Source: Nitrospirota bacterium
GTDB taxonomy: Bacteria; Nitrospirota; UBA9217
Direction: 5' to 3'
Length of the DNA: 64,000 nt
Assembly: GCA_963790205.1 (NCBI GenBank)
Contig: CAWBNQ010000001.1
Coordinates: 416,001 to 480,000 of the forward strand
Made by a program: the position numbers and the translations under genes
Notes under the pieces: model-generated
What the model saw: the letters and a program-made list of their open reading frames with translations, nothing else
The model's database searches: none
What the model was told of the DNA's origin: nothing
Part shown: positions 11,168 to 20,943 of the stretch, one piece after another
How positions within the stretch are numbered: position 1 is the first letter of the stretch
Layout: each line of letters starts with the position of its first letter

Positions 11168-12049
11168 ATGGGTAAAGAGCTCGTTCAAGAGTCGTCGCTC
11201 AGCGCATTTCTCGAAGCATTTTATGACCTCGACAAGAGAGGGAAGGACGGTGTAATTGCGGCATTCCGCGAGGCGGCCGGTCCGCTCTCCTATCCCGTAC
11301 TTGAATCCGGCCTTAAAAATAACGAAAATGACCGCGTACGGAATGCCGCCATGGAAATCTATGTCGCGTTGGGCGAACGGTCGCTTCCGTTCCTCATTTC
11401 TCTTCTCAATGACGCGGACGAGGAAGTGCGGACGTTCAGCGGCGTCATGCTCGGCACAATGCAGGACCGCGGCGCCGTGCCGTCGCTCATCAAGGCGCTG
11501 GCCGATCCGGACATGAATGTGAAGCATGCGGCGGCAGAGGCGCTCGGCAAGATAGGCGATCCGCGGGCGGTAGAGCCCCTCATAGATGCGCTCGCGACGG
11601 ATATGTGGCTCCAGTTTCCCGCGGCGATCGCGCTCGGCGACATCGGCGATTCTCGCGCTGTCGGGCCGCTGATCTCGCTTCTCGAGCTGCCGGGGGTGAA
11701 CGTGCCGGCCATTCAGGCCCTCGGGAAGCTCGCCCATCCCTCGGCGCTCGGGCCGCTCAGCAGGCTGTTCGACGAAGAAGAGCCCTCCCTTCGCGAGTGG
11801 TCGCTGGAAGCTGTTGCAGCTATCCTCGGCCGCTGGCCGGACAGCGGGTGTGACCTGCGACTCACCCGGAAAACGATCCGCGCGATGATAGAAATGCTCA
11901 GCTCAAGCAGTTTTGAAGCGCGCAGAAATGCCGCTATTACCCTCGGTTGCTGTAAAGTGAGGGAGTCGCTGTCCTGCCTCGTCGAATTGAGCGCCGACCG
12001 GGACATGGGCGAGGTTGCGCGAAAGGCGATTGCCAGGATAGGCCACTAG
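11168..12049 (+). CDS. HEAT/PBS-lyase repeat protein
   Basis: Repeated AAEALGKIGDPRAVEPLI-type units. Confidence 0.88.
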   Translation: MGKELVQESSLSAFLEAFYDLDKRGKDGVIAAFREAAGPLSYPVLESGLKNNENDRVRNAAMEIYVALGERSLPFLISLLNDADEEVRTFSGVMLGTMQDRGAVPSLIKALADPDMNVKHAAAEALGKIGDPRAVEPLIDALATDMWLQFPAAIALGDIGDSRAVGPLISLLELPGVNVPAIQALGKLAHPSALGPLSRLFDEEEPSLREWSLEAVAAILGRWPDSGCDLRLTRKTIRAMIEMLSSSSFEARRNAAITLGCCKVRESLSCLVELSADRDMGEVARKAIARIGH

Positions 12050-12153
12050 CCCATGGGTATAAAAAAGACATGGCAACCGTAAAAAAACAGTTGTAAAATC
12101 CATTCCTATCCTCACCCGGAGACAGGTTCCAAAGCACGATATTTCAAGTCCGC

Positions 12154-12221
12154 GTTACAATCCGTAACCTTCCTCGAAAAACAAAAAATCCTTGACACTT
12201 TATCTTCATAGATGTTATTTT
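12154..12221 (+). promoter_or_regulatory. sigma70 promoter for the C1 cluster with an upstream palindrome
   Basis: TTGACA(12192-97)-N18-TATTTT with TG extension; GTTAC-N5-GTAAC palindrome at 12154-12168. Confidence 0.5.
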
Positions 12222-12246
12222 GACTCATATTATTGAGGAGAAATGA

Positions 12247-13026
12247 TTGAAAATCGCAATTACAGGCAAGGGGGGAGTGGGCAAAACCACACTGGCCGGC
12301 CTGCTGGCGAGGCTTTACGCGGCTGAGGGCCGTTCGGTCCTGGCCGTGGACGCCGATCCGGATGCAAACCTTGCCTCCGCGCTCGGCATATCGCCGGAAA
12401 CGGCGTCCCGGGCCCTGCCGCTTGCCGAACAGTCCGATCTGATTGAGGAGCGCACGGGTTCAAGACCGGGCTCCCCGGGCGGAATGTTCAGCCTCAACCC
12501 GAAGGTGGATGACATCCCTGACGCCTATAGTATAAGGCACGAAGGGGTGCGGCTCCTAGTCGTGGGGAAGTCCAAAGAAGCGGGGTCCGGCTGTTACTGT
12601 CCCGAGAACGTGCTCCTGCGCCGTTTGATCAGCCATCTGATTCTCAGGAGTGATGAAGTTGTCATCCTCGATATGGAAGCGGGTATCGAGCACTTGACCC
12701 GCGGCACCGCCGGCAGCGTCAATGCCTTCATTGTGGTGGTGGAGCCCGGCCAGCGGAGCATGCAGACTGCCCGGCAGATCGAGTCGCTCGCCCGCGGCCT
12801 CGGTGTCAAAGAGGTCTTTGTCGTGGGCAACAAGATCCGGCAGGATTCCGAGAGAGCTTTCATCCTCCGCCATCTCGAAGGAATGAAGTTTCTCGGATTT
12901 ATGAGCTATGCCGGTGATGCCGTTACTGCGGACCTCGACGGAAAATCTCCTTACGACGCCTCTCCCGGCGTACGGGAAGAGGCGAAGAAGATCAAAGCCG
13001 CGCTCGACCAGTTGATGAAGAAATAA
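12247..13026 (+). CDS. cooC: CooC-family nickel-insertion ATPase
   Basis: GKGGVGKT, DADPDANL, GCYCP metal site, DMEAGIEHL; TTG start after GAGGAG. Confidence 0.9.
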   Translation: MKIAITGKGGVGKTTLAGLLARLYAAEGRSVLAVDADPDANLASALGISPETASRALPLAEQSDLIEERTGSRPGSPGGMFSLNPKVDDIPDAYSIRHEGVRLLVVGKSKEAGSGCYCPENVLLRRLISHLILRSDEVVILDMEAGIEHLTRGTAGSVNAFIVVVEPGQRSMQTARQIESLARGLGVKEVFVVGNKIRQDSERAFILRHLEGMKFLGFMSYAGDAVTADLDGKSPYDASPGVREEAKKIKAALDQLMKK

Positions 13027-13035
13027 ATCCTTCAC

Positions 13036-13611
13036 TTGAAAAACGAGCTCAGAAAAAAAGCGCTGGTGGCCCGGGACAGCTTATTGCCGGGACAGCGGTC
13101 ATCGAAAAGCAGGCAGATTGAAGAGAGGCTTTTTTCTCTGCCTGAATTCAAGTCGGCACACGTTATTATGTTCTTCGCGTCATTCCGGAGCGAAGTGGAA
13201 ACGGCCCCCATGATCCGTCGGGCGCTGGCTGCCGGAAAACGGGTTGTTCTGCCGAAGGTCAAGGGCAAAGAACTCGAGCTGTTCGAGATAAAAATTTTTG
13301 ACAGCGATGTTTCTCCCGGCGCCTGGGGAATCCCCGAGCCGCGAGGGTCTGCATTGGTAAAGCTCGACGAGCTGGACGTCATTATCGTGCCGGGGGTGGC
13401 ATTCGATGAGCGGGGAAACCGCCTCGGGTATGGAGCGGGGTTTTACGACAAGCTCCTTTCCGAATTTAAAAAGCCGACCGTTGCCATTGCCTTCGAGCAG
13501 CAGATTGTTCCGATGATCCTCGCTGATCCGCACGATGTGCCAGTGAAGAAAATCGTGACGGAAAATAGAATCATAGAAGCAAAATCATTTGCCATAGAGG
13601 GCGCAGAGTAA
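13036..13611 (+). CDS. 5-formyltetrahydrofolate cyclo-ligase
   Basis: WGIPEP, IVPGVAFD, RLGYGAGFYD, HDVPV..IVTE. Confidence 0.93.
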   Translation: MKNELRKKALVARDSLLPGQRSSKSRQIEERLFSLPEFKSAHVIMFFASFRSEVETAPMIRRALAAGKRVVLPKVKGKELELFEIKIFDSDVSPGAWGIPEPRGSALVKLDELDVIIVPGVAFDERGNRLGYGAGFYDKLLSEFKKPTVAIAFEQQIVPMILADPHDVPVKKIVTENRIIEAKSFAIEGAE

Positions 13612-13671
13612 ATAGAAAAGGTGTGCCGATTGCGTCGGGTTCCCTTAGCCGTCCCCTGTGAACTCTGTGGT
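13591..13671. repeat. 9-bp micro-repeat cassette with inverted arms (ACCACAGAG family)
   Basis: GCCATAGAG GGCGCAGAG (13591-608) ... CCCTGTGAA CTCTGTGGT (13654-671). Confidence 0.6.
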
Positions 13672-13679
13672 TAATTCTT

Positions 13680-14246
13680 ATGGACACTAAAAAAATAGAA
13701 AAAGGCGTTCGGCTCATTCTTGAAGGCATCGGTGAGGATGCCGACCGGCCCGGGTTGAAGGATACCCCGCAGCGCGTGGCCGAGATGTATGGGGAAATTT
13801 TTTCCGGCATCTCCGCGAACACCGAAGAGTTAATGAAGCCCATGGCGGGAGAGAGTCACGATGAAATGGTGATGATCCGGGACATCCCGTTTCACTCGAT
13901 GTGCGAACATCATCTCTTGCCCTTCTCCGGCAAGGCCCACATCGCCTACATCCCGGGCGCCGGAAAGATCGTGGGGATCAGCAGCCTGGCCAAGGCGCTC
14001 GAAATCTTTGCGAAGCGGCCGCAGGTGCAGGAGCGATTGACCGCGCAGTTCATCGACCTGATCGTGAGCAGGCTAAAACCCAAGGGCGCGATGGTGGTCA
14101 TCGACGCGGAACATTTATGCATGAGCATGCGCGGCGTGAAGAAGCCGGGCGCCCGTGTCGTCACCTCCGCGGTGCGGGGCAGTTTCCGCAGCAAGGAGTC
14201 CACGCGCATGGAGATGCTCGAGCTTTTGACGAAGCAGGAAAAGTAG
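13680..14246 (+). CDS. folE: GTP cyclohydrolase I
   Basis: [30 protein letters not shown]. Confidence 0.95.
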   Translation: MDTKKIEKGVRLILEGIGEDADRPGLKDTPQRVAEMYGEIFSGISANTEELMKPMAGESHDEMVMIRDIPFHSMCEHHLLPFSGKAHIAYIPGAGKIVGISSLAKALEIFAKRPQVQERLTAQFIDLIVSRLKPKGAMVVIDAEHLCMSMRGVKKPGARVVTSAVRGSFRSKESTRMEMLELLTKQEK

Positions 14247-14361
14247 ACTAGCCCCAAAGTAGCAACTCAAAGAATCTCGAGTCTTAAGAACAGCTAATTT
14301 TTCTATCTATTTTTTACTTAAAGCTCGATAATATAGAGTTAATTTACGGCAGGAGTGAATT

Positions 14362-16463
14362 ATGGCAACACAAGATGTGTGCACTCTCGAACCCTATAGA
14401 CCTTACGGCGCTGACATCAAAGAAACAAGGCCCTATTCGCCGTGCCGCGCGGCATGTCCCGGCGCATACGGATGTGCAGGCCTATGTGGGCCTGATCGCC
14501 CAGGGCAAATACACCGAGGCCTTCGAGGTCATCACCTCGGTAAACCCCATCGCGTCGGTCTGCTCCATGATCTGTCACCATCCCTGCGAGCAGTCGTGCA
14601 GGCGCTGCGGTGTTGACGAGCCGCTGGCCGTCCGTCATTTGAAGCGGTTTGCCATCGAGAAGTCCAAGGACTATCGCCGCGCCAAGCGGAAGCTCGTCCA
14701 AAAGACCAGGGGCAAGAGCATCGGCATCATCGGCTCAGGCCCATCGGGCCTGACCGCAGCGCGAGACCTTGCGGACTTGGGCTACAGCGTGACCCTCTAT
14801 GAGAAGCACCCTGTCCTCGGCGGCATGCTCGCTGCCGCGATCCCTCCCTACCGTTTGCCAAGAGAAGTGTTGAAAGAAGATATTGATGACGTTATTTCAA
14901 AAGGCGTCGAGGTCAGGACGAACTTCGAGATCGGCAAAGACGCAAAGCTCGATGATCTCGCAAAGAAGCACGATGCAGTGCTCGTGGCCATCGGTCTTTC
15001 CCTCAGCCGTTCGCTGAATATTCCCGGCGTGGAAGGCCCCGGAGTGCTGCTCGCTATTCCTTACCTGGAAGATGTCGCATTCGGCCGCAAGCCTGCGCTC
15101 GGTAAGAAGGTGCTCGTTATCGGCGGCGGAAACGTTGCCATGGACGTTGCCCGGTCCGCCCGCAGGCTCGGGGTCCAGAACGTCGAGATGGTCTGTCTTG
15201 AGAACGAGCAGGAGATCCCTGCCTGGAAATGGGAAGTGGACGAGGCTGTTGAAGAGGCGATCAAGATCAATTACCGCTGGGGACCCAAGGCGATCAAGCG
15301 TGAAGGCGATAAGGTAAAGGGTCTCGAAGTCACGAAGGTATTGTCGGTCTTTGACGCGAACAAACGGTTCGCTCCGACCTTTGATAATAATGTGACCACG
15401 CTCCTTGAAGCCGACACGATCATTATCACCATCGGCCAGATGTCGAACATGGTCTTTCCTGAAAGACAGCGCGGTCAAGATCGATGAACGCGGACGCGTT
15501 GAATGGAACCCGGCGACCCAGATGAGCAGCGCAAGAAACATTTTCGTCGCGGGCGAGGTCGTGACCGGCCCCGGCTCGGCTATCGCTGCTGTCGCGAACG
15601 GACGCCGGGCTGCCCTGGCAATGCATCTCTATATTCAAGGCGAGACCATCGAGGGCAGGCTTCCTGTGCAGGAGAAGGAAAAGATCGCCGAGATGCCGTC
15701 CGAAGTTGTTGAAAAGATCAGCAAACAGCCGCGCATGAAGATCAAGCATCTCGCTCCCGAGGTCCGCGTCAAGACCATGGACCACTTCGAGATGGGATAC
15801 AGCGAGGCCGAGGCGCTTGAGGAAGCAGGCAGGTGCCGCGGCTGCGGCGGCGGGGCTGTCGTGGACCAGAAGAAGTGCATGGCCTGCCTCACTTGCTGCG
15901 CATCTGTCCTTACGGCGCGCCGGTTGTGACGTCGGTGTCCGACGATCAGGCCCGAGTACTGCCAGGCCTGCGGTCTGTGCGCTCCGGAATGTCCTGCCGA
16001 GGCCATCAGCATGGTGAGCTACGACGTGCGCGAGATCAGAAATTCACTGCCGGCGATCGTCGGCAAGATCGATCCCAAGCGACAGGAGCCGGTCATTGCC
16101 GCCTTCGTGTGTACGCACCACGCGGGCGTGCTCGGTCTCGATCTGCCGAAGAACGTTCGGGCCGTGCCCGTTCACTGCACCAGCCGGATCGATATTCTTG
16201 ATATGTTGAAGGCCTTCGAAGTCGGCGCCGACGGCGTGGCAGTCGTGCGCTGCGGGAGCGGGACCTGCAAGTACCGCGATATAGAGCCCCGGGTGAATGC
16301 GCGCGTGAAGCGGGTGCAGGACCTGCTCGGCATGCTGAAGATCGAGTCCGGGCGTCTTGAGATACTTTCCGCGGCATCAACGAATGGCGGCAATCCCTAC
16401 GCTGCCGTATGTGCTGAGTTTTCCGAACGCCTTAAACAGATAGGTCTGAGTGCTGGTAAATAA
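14362..16463 (+). pseudogene. GltD/NfnB-like FAD-FeS oxidoreductase fused to 2x[4Fe-4S] ferredoxin and MvhD/FlpD domains; 4 single-base indels, probably an intact gene with sequence errors
   Basis: Correcting +C(14458-60), +G(15451-52), -1(about 15896) and +C(15939-40) gives one 699-aa frame: SPCRAACP, ICHHPCEQSC, GSGPSG, GGGNVAMD, CMACLTCxRICP, CQACGLCAPECP, HCTSRID..KAFEVGADGV..RCGSGTCKY. Confidence 0.8.
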
Positions 16464-16503
16464 CAGCCTGCACGAATAGCATGATATAAAGGAGTAATGA
16501 ACA

Positions 16504-17205
16504 ATGATCGTAGGAACACAAAAACCAATCGAAGAAATATGGAACATGGTGAAGGACTTCAAGAAGGTCCTCGTGTTCGGGTGCAACACCTGCGTTGCCA
16601 TCTGCCATGCGGGCGGAGAAAAAGAGGCCGAGACCATTGCGTCCCTCATCAAGATGAAGGCGGCGCAGGAGGGCAAGACCATGATCGTGAACCACCTGGG
16701 GGTCATGCGCCACTGCGAGCCAGAATACTTCGAGCCCGTTATGGACGAGGTGAAGAAGTACGATCTCGTGCTTTCGACAGCCTGCGGCGTGGGCGTGAAC
16801 TTCCTGTCCGACCGGACCGGGACGATCCCCGTGTATCCGGGGATCAATACCTCATTTTACGGCGCTGTCGAAGCGCCCGGCGTGTTCAAGGAGCTTTGCG
16901 CGGGCTGCGGAGACTGCATTCTGCATTTGACCGGGGGAATCTGTCCCGTTGCGCGCTGCGCCAAGACGCTCATGAACGGGCCCTGCGGCGGCACGAACAA
17001 GGGCAAATGCGAGGTAAGCAACGAGATCGACTGCGCCTGGTACCTGATCGTAGAGCGCATGAAGAAGCTCGGCACCCTGGAAAAGCTCTCCGAGATCCAG
17101 CCGCCCAGGAACTGGTCAACGTCCCGCGACGGCGGGCCGAGGCGCATATCTCTGGAGCATATCCGGGAGTATGAGGAGAAGGAAGAGGCAAAGGCCGGGA
17201 AGTAA
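16504..17205 (+). CDS. metV: Methylene-THF reductase FeS partner subunit MetV
   Basis: GCNTCVAIC, ACGVGV, CAGCGDC, CPVARCAKTLMNGPCGG, CAW; adjacent to metF. Confidence 0.9.
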   Translation: MIVGTQKPIEEIWNMVKDFKKVLVFGCNTCVAICHAGGEKEAETIASLIKMKAAQEGKTMIVNHLGVMRHCEPEYFEPVMDEVKKYDLVLSTACGVGVNFLSDRTGTIPVYPGINTSFYGAVEAPGVFKELCAGCGDCILHLTGGICPVARCAKTLMNGPCGGTNKGKCEVSNEIDCAWYLIVERMKKLGTLEKLSEIQPPRNWSTSRDGGPRRISLEHIREYEEKEEAKAGK

Positions 17206-17214
17206 GTCTAAGAT

Positions 17215-17269
17215 CCGTTCAACCCGTTTAGCCCGTTTGAACTGTTTAAACAGTTGGAACTGTTTGAAC
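17215..17269. repeat. Six 9-bp quasi-palindromic tandem units (CnGTTYAAA family)
   Basis: CCGTTCAAC CCGTTTAGC CCGTTTGAA CTGTTTAAA CAGTTGGAA CTGTTTGAA. Confidence 0.75.
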
Positions 17270-17296
17270 CAGAAGATTAAAACCTGGAGGCTTAGG

Positions 17297-18268
17297 ATGA
17301 AGAGTGGAAGCACGCTGGAAAAAGTACTCGCGAGCGGCAAGCCCGCGGTCACGGCAGAGCTCGGCCCCCCCATGAGCGCCGATCCCCATGAGGTCATCAA
17401 GAAAGCGCAGCAGCTCAAGGGCTTCTGCGACGCGGCGAACATCACTGATTGTCAGACCGCGGTCGTCCGGATCTCGAGCATTGCCGCCGCGGCCATCGCG
17501 TTTCAGCAAGGGCTGGAGCCGGTCATGCAGATGACCTGCCGCGACCGGAACCGCATTGCCATGCAGGCCGACCTTCTCGGTGCCGCCGCGCTCGGGCTCA
17601 AGAACTGCCTCTGCCTTGCGGGCGACCACCAGAAATTCAGCGCCGCGGGAAGGCTCAAGGGCCACCCCGGCGCAAAGAACGTATACGACGTGGATACCTG
17701 CCAACTCGTCGGTATTCTCAAGAAGATGCGCGACGAGAGCAAGCAGGACGGCGGCGACCCGATCGAAGTGCCGCCCAAGTTCTTTATCGGCGCTTCCTGG
17801 ACGCCCATGGCCGACCCCATCGATTTCAGGCCGATCAATCTCATGAAGAAAGTGAATGCCGGGGCCGACTTTATCCAGACCCAGGGCATCTACGATATGG
17901 AAGGTTTCCGCGCGCAGATGGCAAAGATCCGGAACATGGGTCTTCACGAGAGGACCGCGATCCTTGCCGGTATTATCGTCCCGAAAAGCGCCATGATGCT
18001 GAAGTATATGGATTCCTCTGTTGCCGGCGTGTCGGTGCCGAAGGCCCTCATAGACCGGATGAACAAGGCCAAAGCGGCCGCAGGTGAGGACAAGAAAAAA
18101 GCCAGGGAGCTCCAGGAGCAGGAAGGCATCAAGATCACGATCGAGCTTATCCACCAGGCTTTGGAGACCCCCGGCGTAAGGGGCGTGCACATCCAGGCCA
18201 TCGAGTGGGAGAGCGCCATCGAAGGGATCGTGAAGGCTGCGGGGCTGTATCCGAGGCCCTCTTTTTGA
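17297..18268 (+). CDS. metF: Methylenetetrahydrofolate reductase MetF
   Basis: TAELGPP, NITD, TCRDRNR, AGD, KKVNAGADFIQTQ; GGAGG RBS before ATG 17297. Confidence 0.93.
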   Translation: MKSGSTLEKVLASGKPAVTAELGPPMSADPHEVIKKAQQLKGFCDAANITDCQTAVVRISSIAAAAIAFQQGLEPVMQMTCRDRNRIAMQADLLGAAALGLKNCLCLAGDHQKFSAAGRLKGHPGAKNVYDVDTCQLVGILKKMRDESKQDGGDPIEVPPKFFIGASWTPMADPIDFRPINLMKKVNAGADFIQTQGIYDMEGFRAQMAKIRNMGLHERTAILAGIIVPKSAMMLKYMDSSVAGVSVPKALIDRMNKAKAAAGEDKKKARELQEQEGIKITIELIHQALETPGVRGVHIQAIEWESAIEGIVKAAGLYPRPSF

Positions 18269-18318
18269 TTGCGGATTGTAGATTGCGGATTGCGGAATGA
18301 AAAGAATAAATCTGAAAT
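18267..18318. repeat. 7-bp tandem micro-repeat (GATTGCG x4) with one degenerate inverted unit
   Basis: GATTGCG GATTGTA GATTGCG GATTGCG GAATG starting in the metF stop; AATCTGAAAT at 18309-18318. Confidence 0.7.
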
Positions 18319-18324
18319 AAAACT

Positions 18325-19125
18325 ATGCCGAAAATAACAGTTCTAGACATATATAAGAAGAAGGCCGAAGGCAAGAAGATCACCATGCTCACGGCTTACG
18401 ATTATCCCACTGCCCAGATCGTGGACCAGGCCGGCATTGATATGATACTCGTAGGCGATTCTCTCGGCATGGTGGTACAGGGAGTGACAAGCACTCTTCC
18501 GGTCACGATGGACGAGATGATCTATCACACAAGAATGGCCTCGCGCGCAGCACAATCCTCCATGGTTGTGGGCGACATGCCCTTTCTGTCGTACCAGACA
18601 AGCGCCTCCGACGCTGTTCGAAATGCCGGCCGCTTCCTGAAGGAAGCGGGTGCTGAAGCGGTGAAGCTCGAAGGCGGAAGCCAGATGGCCGACGCCATCA
18701 GGGCGATTGTGAATGCCGGGATCCCTGTTGTGGCCCATATCGGACTGACCCCGCAGTATGTCCACATGCTCGGCGGTTTTAAAGTACAGGGCAAGGATGA
18801 CGCTGCACGGGAAAAGATACTTGCCGACGCAAGGGCGGTCCAGGATGCAGGCGCGTTTTCCGTGGTACTGGAAGCAATGCCGTCCTCCCTTGCAAAAGAG
18901 ATCCATGGAATGCTCCATATCCCGACCATAGGGATCGGTGCCGGCCCTGATTGTGACGGCCAAGTCCTCGTAATTCATGACATATTAGGTCTTTTTGACC
19001 GGTTTACTCCCAAGTTCGTAAAGAAATACGCCAACCTCAAAGACCAGGCGCTGAAGGCGGTAAAAGAGTATAAGCAGGATGTAGAAGGCGGCAAATTCCC
19101 GTCCGAAGAGCACAGCTTCAAATAA
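18325..19125 (+). CDS. panB: Ketopantoate hydroxymethyltransferase
   Basis: MLTAYD, LVGDSLG, VKLEGG, HIGLTPQ, IGIGAG..CDGQVLV. Confidence 0.97.
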   Translation: MPKITVLDIYKKKAEGKKITMLTAYDYPTAQIVDQAGIDMILVGDSLGMVVQGVTSTLPVTMDEMIYHTRMASRAAQSSMVVGDMPFLSYQTSASDAVRNAGRFLKEAGAEAVKLEGGSQMADAIRAIVNAGIPVVAHIGLTPQYVHMLGGFKVQGKDDAAREKILADARAVQDAGAFSVVLEAMPSSLAKEIHGMLHIPTIGIGAGPDCDGQVLVIHDILGLFDRFTPKFVKKYANLKDQALKAVKEYKQDVEGGKFPSEEHSFK

Positions 19126-19249
19126 TAAGACCGACAACAAGAGTGGATTTTCGTAACAAAGGGGCAGCTACCTTTTGTAGCGCACGCATTTTTATCAATG
19201 AAATTTATAACTTAATTAAAAAATATTGTCGGCATCTTCTCAATTATTC

Positions 19250-19279
19250 TTGACTCATGAGATAGGTGTTGGATATAAT
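19250..19279 (+). promoter_or_regulatory. sigma70 promoter for thyX
   Basis: TTGACT(19250-55)-N18-TATAAT(19274-79). Confidence 0.6.
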
Positions 19280-19285
19280 ATCCTT

Positions 19286-19355
19286 CCCTTGTCATCCGTA
19301 TTTTTCCCCTTTTCTCGCTGTAAGGGTGTCGAGGGTCGCTCTGGAGAGGAGGGGA
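19286..19355 (+). promoter_or_regulatory. Structured thyX leader with two crossing helices, one masking the SD
   Basis: 19286-97 pairs with 19324-35 (11/12 including GU); 19305-16 pairs with 19344-55 (12/12 including 2 GU), covering AGGAGG. Confidence 0.45.
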
Positions 19356-19359
19356 CAAC

Positions 19360-20091
19360 ATGCCTGAAACAGCATTAAACGTGGTTCTCCTCCGGCATAC
19401 GCCGGAACCTGAGGAAGTTGTGGCAATGGCGGCAAAGCTTTGCTACAGCCCGTCTGGCGTTGAGGAGCTGAAGGGGAAGATCGAGGCCAAGGACCAGGCT
19501 GCCTTTGTGGAGAAGCTGGCGGCCATCGGACACCTGTCCCCGATCGAGCATGTTTCGTTCTCCTTTGGCATTGAGGGCATCTCCCGGGCCTGCTCTCATC
19601 AGCTTGTCCGCCATCGCGTGGCGTCTTATTCTCAGCAAAGCCAGCGCTATGTGAAGGCAGAGCAGTTCGACTATGTGATCCCTCCGAGCATCAAGCAGGA
19701 CCCGGCCCTGGTCCGTGAGTTTGAGAAGTTCATGGCCGAGGCCCAGGAGAATTACACCAAAGTCCTGAAGCGGCTCGAAGAGCTCGGGTATAAGGGCGAA
19801 GCCGGACAGCAGGACGCTCGCTATTTGCTGCCGAACGCGGCGGAGACGAAGATAGTAGTCACCATGAACGCCCGTGAGCTCCTGCACTTCTTCCGCGTGC
19901 GGTGCTGCAACCGGGCGCAGTGGGAGATCCGGGAAATGGCCGAGCGCATGCTCGCGCTCGTGAAAAAAGCGGCGCCGACGATCTTCGCCAAGTCCGGTCC
20001 CGGCTGTCTCTATGCAGCCTGTCCCGAGGGAAAGATGACCTGCGGCAAGATCGAAGAGGTCAGGAAGAAGTTCGGGGTGATGAAAGCATAG
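19360..20091 (+). CDS. thyX: FAD-dependent thymidylate synthase
   Basis: GHLSPIEH, SHQLVRHRVASYSQQSQRY, NARELLHFFRVRCCNRAQWEIR. Confidence 0.95.
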   Translation: MPETALNVVLLRHTPEPEEVVAMAAKLCYSPSGVEELKGKIEAKDQAAFVEKLAAIGHLSPIEHVSFSFGIEGISRACSHQLVRHRVASYSQQSQRYVKAEQFDYVIPPSIKQDPALVREFEKFMAEAQENYTKVLKRLEELGYKGEAGQQDARYLLPNAAETKIVVTMNARELLHFFRVRCCNRAQWEIREMAERMLALVKKAAPTIFAKSGPGCLYAACPEGKMTCGKIEEVRKKFGVMKA

Positions 20092-20156
20092 GGTTCAGCG
20101 ATCAGGGCTCAGGGTTCAGGAAATGCTCAACCCTGGACCCTATCCCCCGAACCCTG
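20090..20156. repeat. 7-bp micro-repeat cassette with inverted arms (AGGGTTC family)
   Basis: AGGGTTC AGCGATC AGGGCTC AGGGTTC ... CCCTGGA CCCTATC CCCCGAA CCCTG. Confidence 0.7.
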
Positions 20157-20169
20157 TAGTTGAGGTACC

Positions 20170-20940
20170 ATGGGTTTTACAATAGCAGTTGCAGGTAAGG
20201 GCGGCACGGGCAAGACCAGCCTGGCCGGTCTTACCATTCGATATTTGACAGAGAAAAGGCGCGGCGCGGTGCTTGCCGTTGACGCCGACGCCAATGCGAA
20301 CCTGAATGACGTGCTCGGGGTGAAGGTCCACGCAACCGTAGGCAAGCTGCGGGAGACTTCCCTCGAAGCCGTCAAGTCCACGGCCCCGCGGCCGGGCGGC
20401 ATGAGCATGGAGCAGCTCTTCGACTATCAGATCCAGCAGGCATTGGTCGAAGCAAAAGGCTTCGACCTTCTGGTGATGGGCAGGCCCGAGGGTTCGGGTT
20501 GTTACTGCGCGGCGAACAACATCATCCGCAAGTACATGGACAAGCTGGCCGACTCCTATCCCTTTACGGTCATGGACAACGAAGCCGGCCTCGAGCACCT
20601 GTCGCGACGCACAACCCAGGACACGGACCTGCTCCTTATCATCAGCGACTCCTCGGTGCGCGGCGTAATGACCGCCGGCCGTATCGGCGAGCTGGTAAAA
20701 GAACTGGACCTGAACGTCAAACGTTCGGTCCTGATCGTGAACCGCGTGCAGGACGGGACGAGTGACGACCGGTCGCTCCAGAAGGCAATCGAGCAGCAGG
20801 GCGTGGAATTCGCGGGCTTTGTTCCGGCGGACGAGCTGATCTTTGAATACGATTTGAACGGCAGGCCCCTTATCCAGCTTCCCGCTGATTCCAAAGCGTT
20901 GACGAGCTTCTATACCGTACTGGACAATTTGATCCCCTAG
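20170..20940 (+). CDS. acsF: CooC/AcsF-family Ni-insertion ATPase (second paralog)
   Basis: GKGGTGKT, DADANANL, GRPEGSGCYCAAN, DNEAGLEHLSRRT; inside the acs cluster. Confidence 0.85.
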   Translation: MGFTIAVAGKGGTGKTSLAGLTIRYLTEKRRGAVLAVDADANANLNDVLGVKVHATVGKLRETSLEAVKSTAPRPGGMSMEQLFDYQIQQALVEAKGFDLLVMGRPEGSGCYCAANNIIRKYMDKLADSYPFTVMDNEAGLEHLSRRTTQDTDLLLIISDSSVRGVMTAGRIGELVKELDLNVKRSVLIVNRVQDGTSDDRSLQKAIEQQGVEFAGFVPADELIFEYDLNGRPLIQLPADSKALTSFYTVLDNLIP

Positions 20941-20943
20941 ACT

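Noticed and set aside
13027..13035. 6S RNA upstream of the formyl-THF cyclo-ligase
   Set aside because: Only 9 nt separate it from cooC
14362..16463. Programmed ribosomal frameshifting
   Set aside because: Four shifts in mixed directions without slippery heptamers
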